NCBI GenBank assembly: GCA_009103225.1
Contig: RHPI01003009.1
Location: 657,917 to 721,916, forward strand
Source of the DNA: Chlorokybus atmophyticus
Lineage: Eukaryota; Plantae; Mesostigma and Chlorokybus algae
Direction of reading: 5' to 3'
DNA: 64,000 bases
How positions within the stretch are numbered: position 1 is the first letter of the stretch; every line of letters starts with the position of its first letter. This document shows, piece after piece, positions 62,776 through 64,000 of this stretch. Under the pieces are notes generated by a model. The model did no database searches. It had not been told where the DNA came from and worked only from the letters and a program-made list of their open reading frames with translations. The position numbers and the translations under genes were made by a program.

Positions 62776-62848
62776 CGCATCGGCCGGATTCGAACCCAGT
62801 ACCTTTAGCATATCAAAGACGACGCCCTAACCACTAAGCTACAAGTGC
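62776..62848 (-). other. Degenerate tRNA(Ile)-like sequence (tRNA pseudogene or SINE-like head)
   Basis: The minus strand reads GCACTTGTAGCTTAGTGGTTAGGGCGTCGTC...AAGGTACTGGGTTCGAATCCGGCCGATGC. A and B boxes are recognisable, but the stems are mismatched. Confidence 0.45.
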
Positions 62849-63818
62849 ACGTACCGGTAGGGTTGCATGGCAACCTATATCATATAGTGTATTGCATGCG
62901 CCGCTTGGCGACTGTCGGCCGGCGGCAGTAATTGCCGATGGACAGTCGGAGATTGTCACTTTGATAGGCCCATAGGCTGAGCCCATGCAACTGTAGCATT
63001 CATAGGCTGTACCAGTTACATGGACGGTGGCAAACTACATACCGGTAGCCGCGAACTCGGCGGTTGTCAATACGCCAGTACAATTTGTAGACTTGTTAGG
63101 GGCTGTCATTGTGACAATGCTTAGCAATAGAAGCCAAATTGCGACTGTCAATGCAGCCAGTGTACCTTATCGGGCTGTCGATGATTCTGTGGTCGCATGA
63201 GGCTTTTATAGGCCATTTATGAGGTTATACAAGTAAGGCTACAAGTCATAACATCTGACATTGCTTGCGCTTTCGTTTCGTACAAATCATTAAAACCAAA
63301 CATACCATAAACTACGCCTAGCAATGCAACATGCGAACAGCATCAACATATGTATTCATGGTATGATGTTAACGGTTGTCAACATTATGATAATGTAATA
63401 ACCAACAAACTATATATATGTAATTGACACGCGCAACGCATGGATGTAAATTTGATATAATAATTTTTTTAGACTATGTAATTGTACAGCAATCATAACA
63501 CTTTGTACAATCACATTTTTATACATTATTTAAGATGTATATAATTTTGCATATGAAAGGTCTAATGCACATGTGTACGCGCATCAATATACTTACAACA
63601 ATGTATGTACATGAAATAATAGATATGAAGTAATTGCACGGCTGCAAATTGCGGCCGCAATACGTCAACAATTTTTGCTTGTATACCTTAAGTGTATTCC
63701 TACATGCACACATGTATATTTATCAACATATATATACATATGCAGGTATACATATATATATGTGTATATATACACATATATTTATATGTATACACATATC
63801 CATATATACATATATAGG

Positions 63819-63931
63819 CCACAAGTGGACAGCCGCAACTGGTCGGCGGCTGTCAAGTTAAAGTGTAGTGGACAGCCGGCTGTCAATATACATTGACAGC
63901 CGCCGACCATTTGCCACTGTCCACTTTATGG
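63819..63931. repeat. 113-bp foldback with about 38-bp imperfect inverted arms (GACAGCC/GGCTGTC motif family)
   Basis: CCACAAGTGGACAGCCGCAACTGGTCGGCGGCTGTCAA versus the reverse complement of TTGACAGCCGCCGACCATTTGCCACTGTCCACTTTATGG. It is preceded by an AT-dinucleotide-rich tract (about 63680-63815). Confidence 0.75.
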
Positions 63932-64000
63932 TAAGCGGCGACAGTCGGTGCGGCCTGTCATTTATTAAATGATGATACACACAATGTACGTATGTACTCG

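Overview
Eukaryotic nuclear DNA with short GT-AG introns, CA/TG-rich introns and plastid-targeted proteins. It is most consistent with a green alga (chlorophyte); this is inferred, not proven. No CRISPR array, rRNA or intact tRNA was found. Host genes form two blocks. The first (1-18.1 kb) holds an ENTH/epsin gene, gatA, a RING-H2 ligase, a His-box fatty-acid-hydroxylase-family gene, a SemiSWEET/PQ-loop-like gene and a TIM21/Coa1-like plastid protein. The second (39.9-45.4 kb) holds a thylakoid FKBP, a 56-aa membrane microprotein and a DCD-domain gene. Two transposon-rich islands make up the rest. The 19-39 kb island contains a complete TTA-flanked PIF/Harbinger element, MITEs, a decayed CENH3-like histone H3 gene and a decayed Academ/XPG-type transposase. 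The 46-64 kb island contains an RLE retroelement fragment, a hAT MITE, two pogo elements (one nested in a MITE TIR), a spliced YqaJ-KOW-KOW gene, and a Plavaka-type transposase with a divergent 4-exon partner gene. Best leads: the YqaJ-tandem-KOW fusion, the Plavaka module, the CENH3-like relic beside an Academ-like element, and a probable bicistronic microprotein+DCD transcript. Exon structures were derived by hand from splice signals and phase. Family calls rest on recalled motifs; no database searches were run. Four assembly gaps or N joins (20670-21115, 29564-29593, 32439, 39054) limit interpretation.
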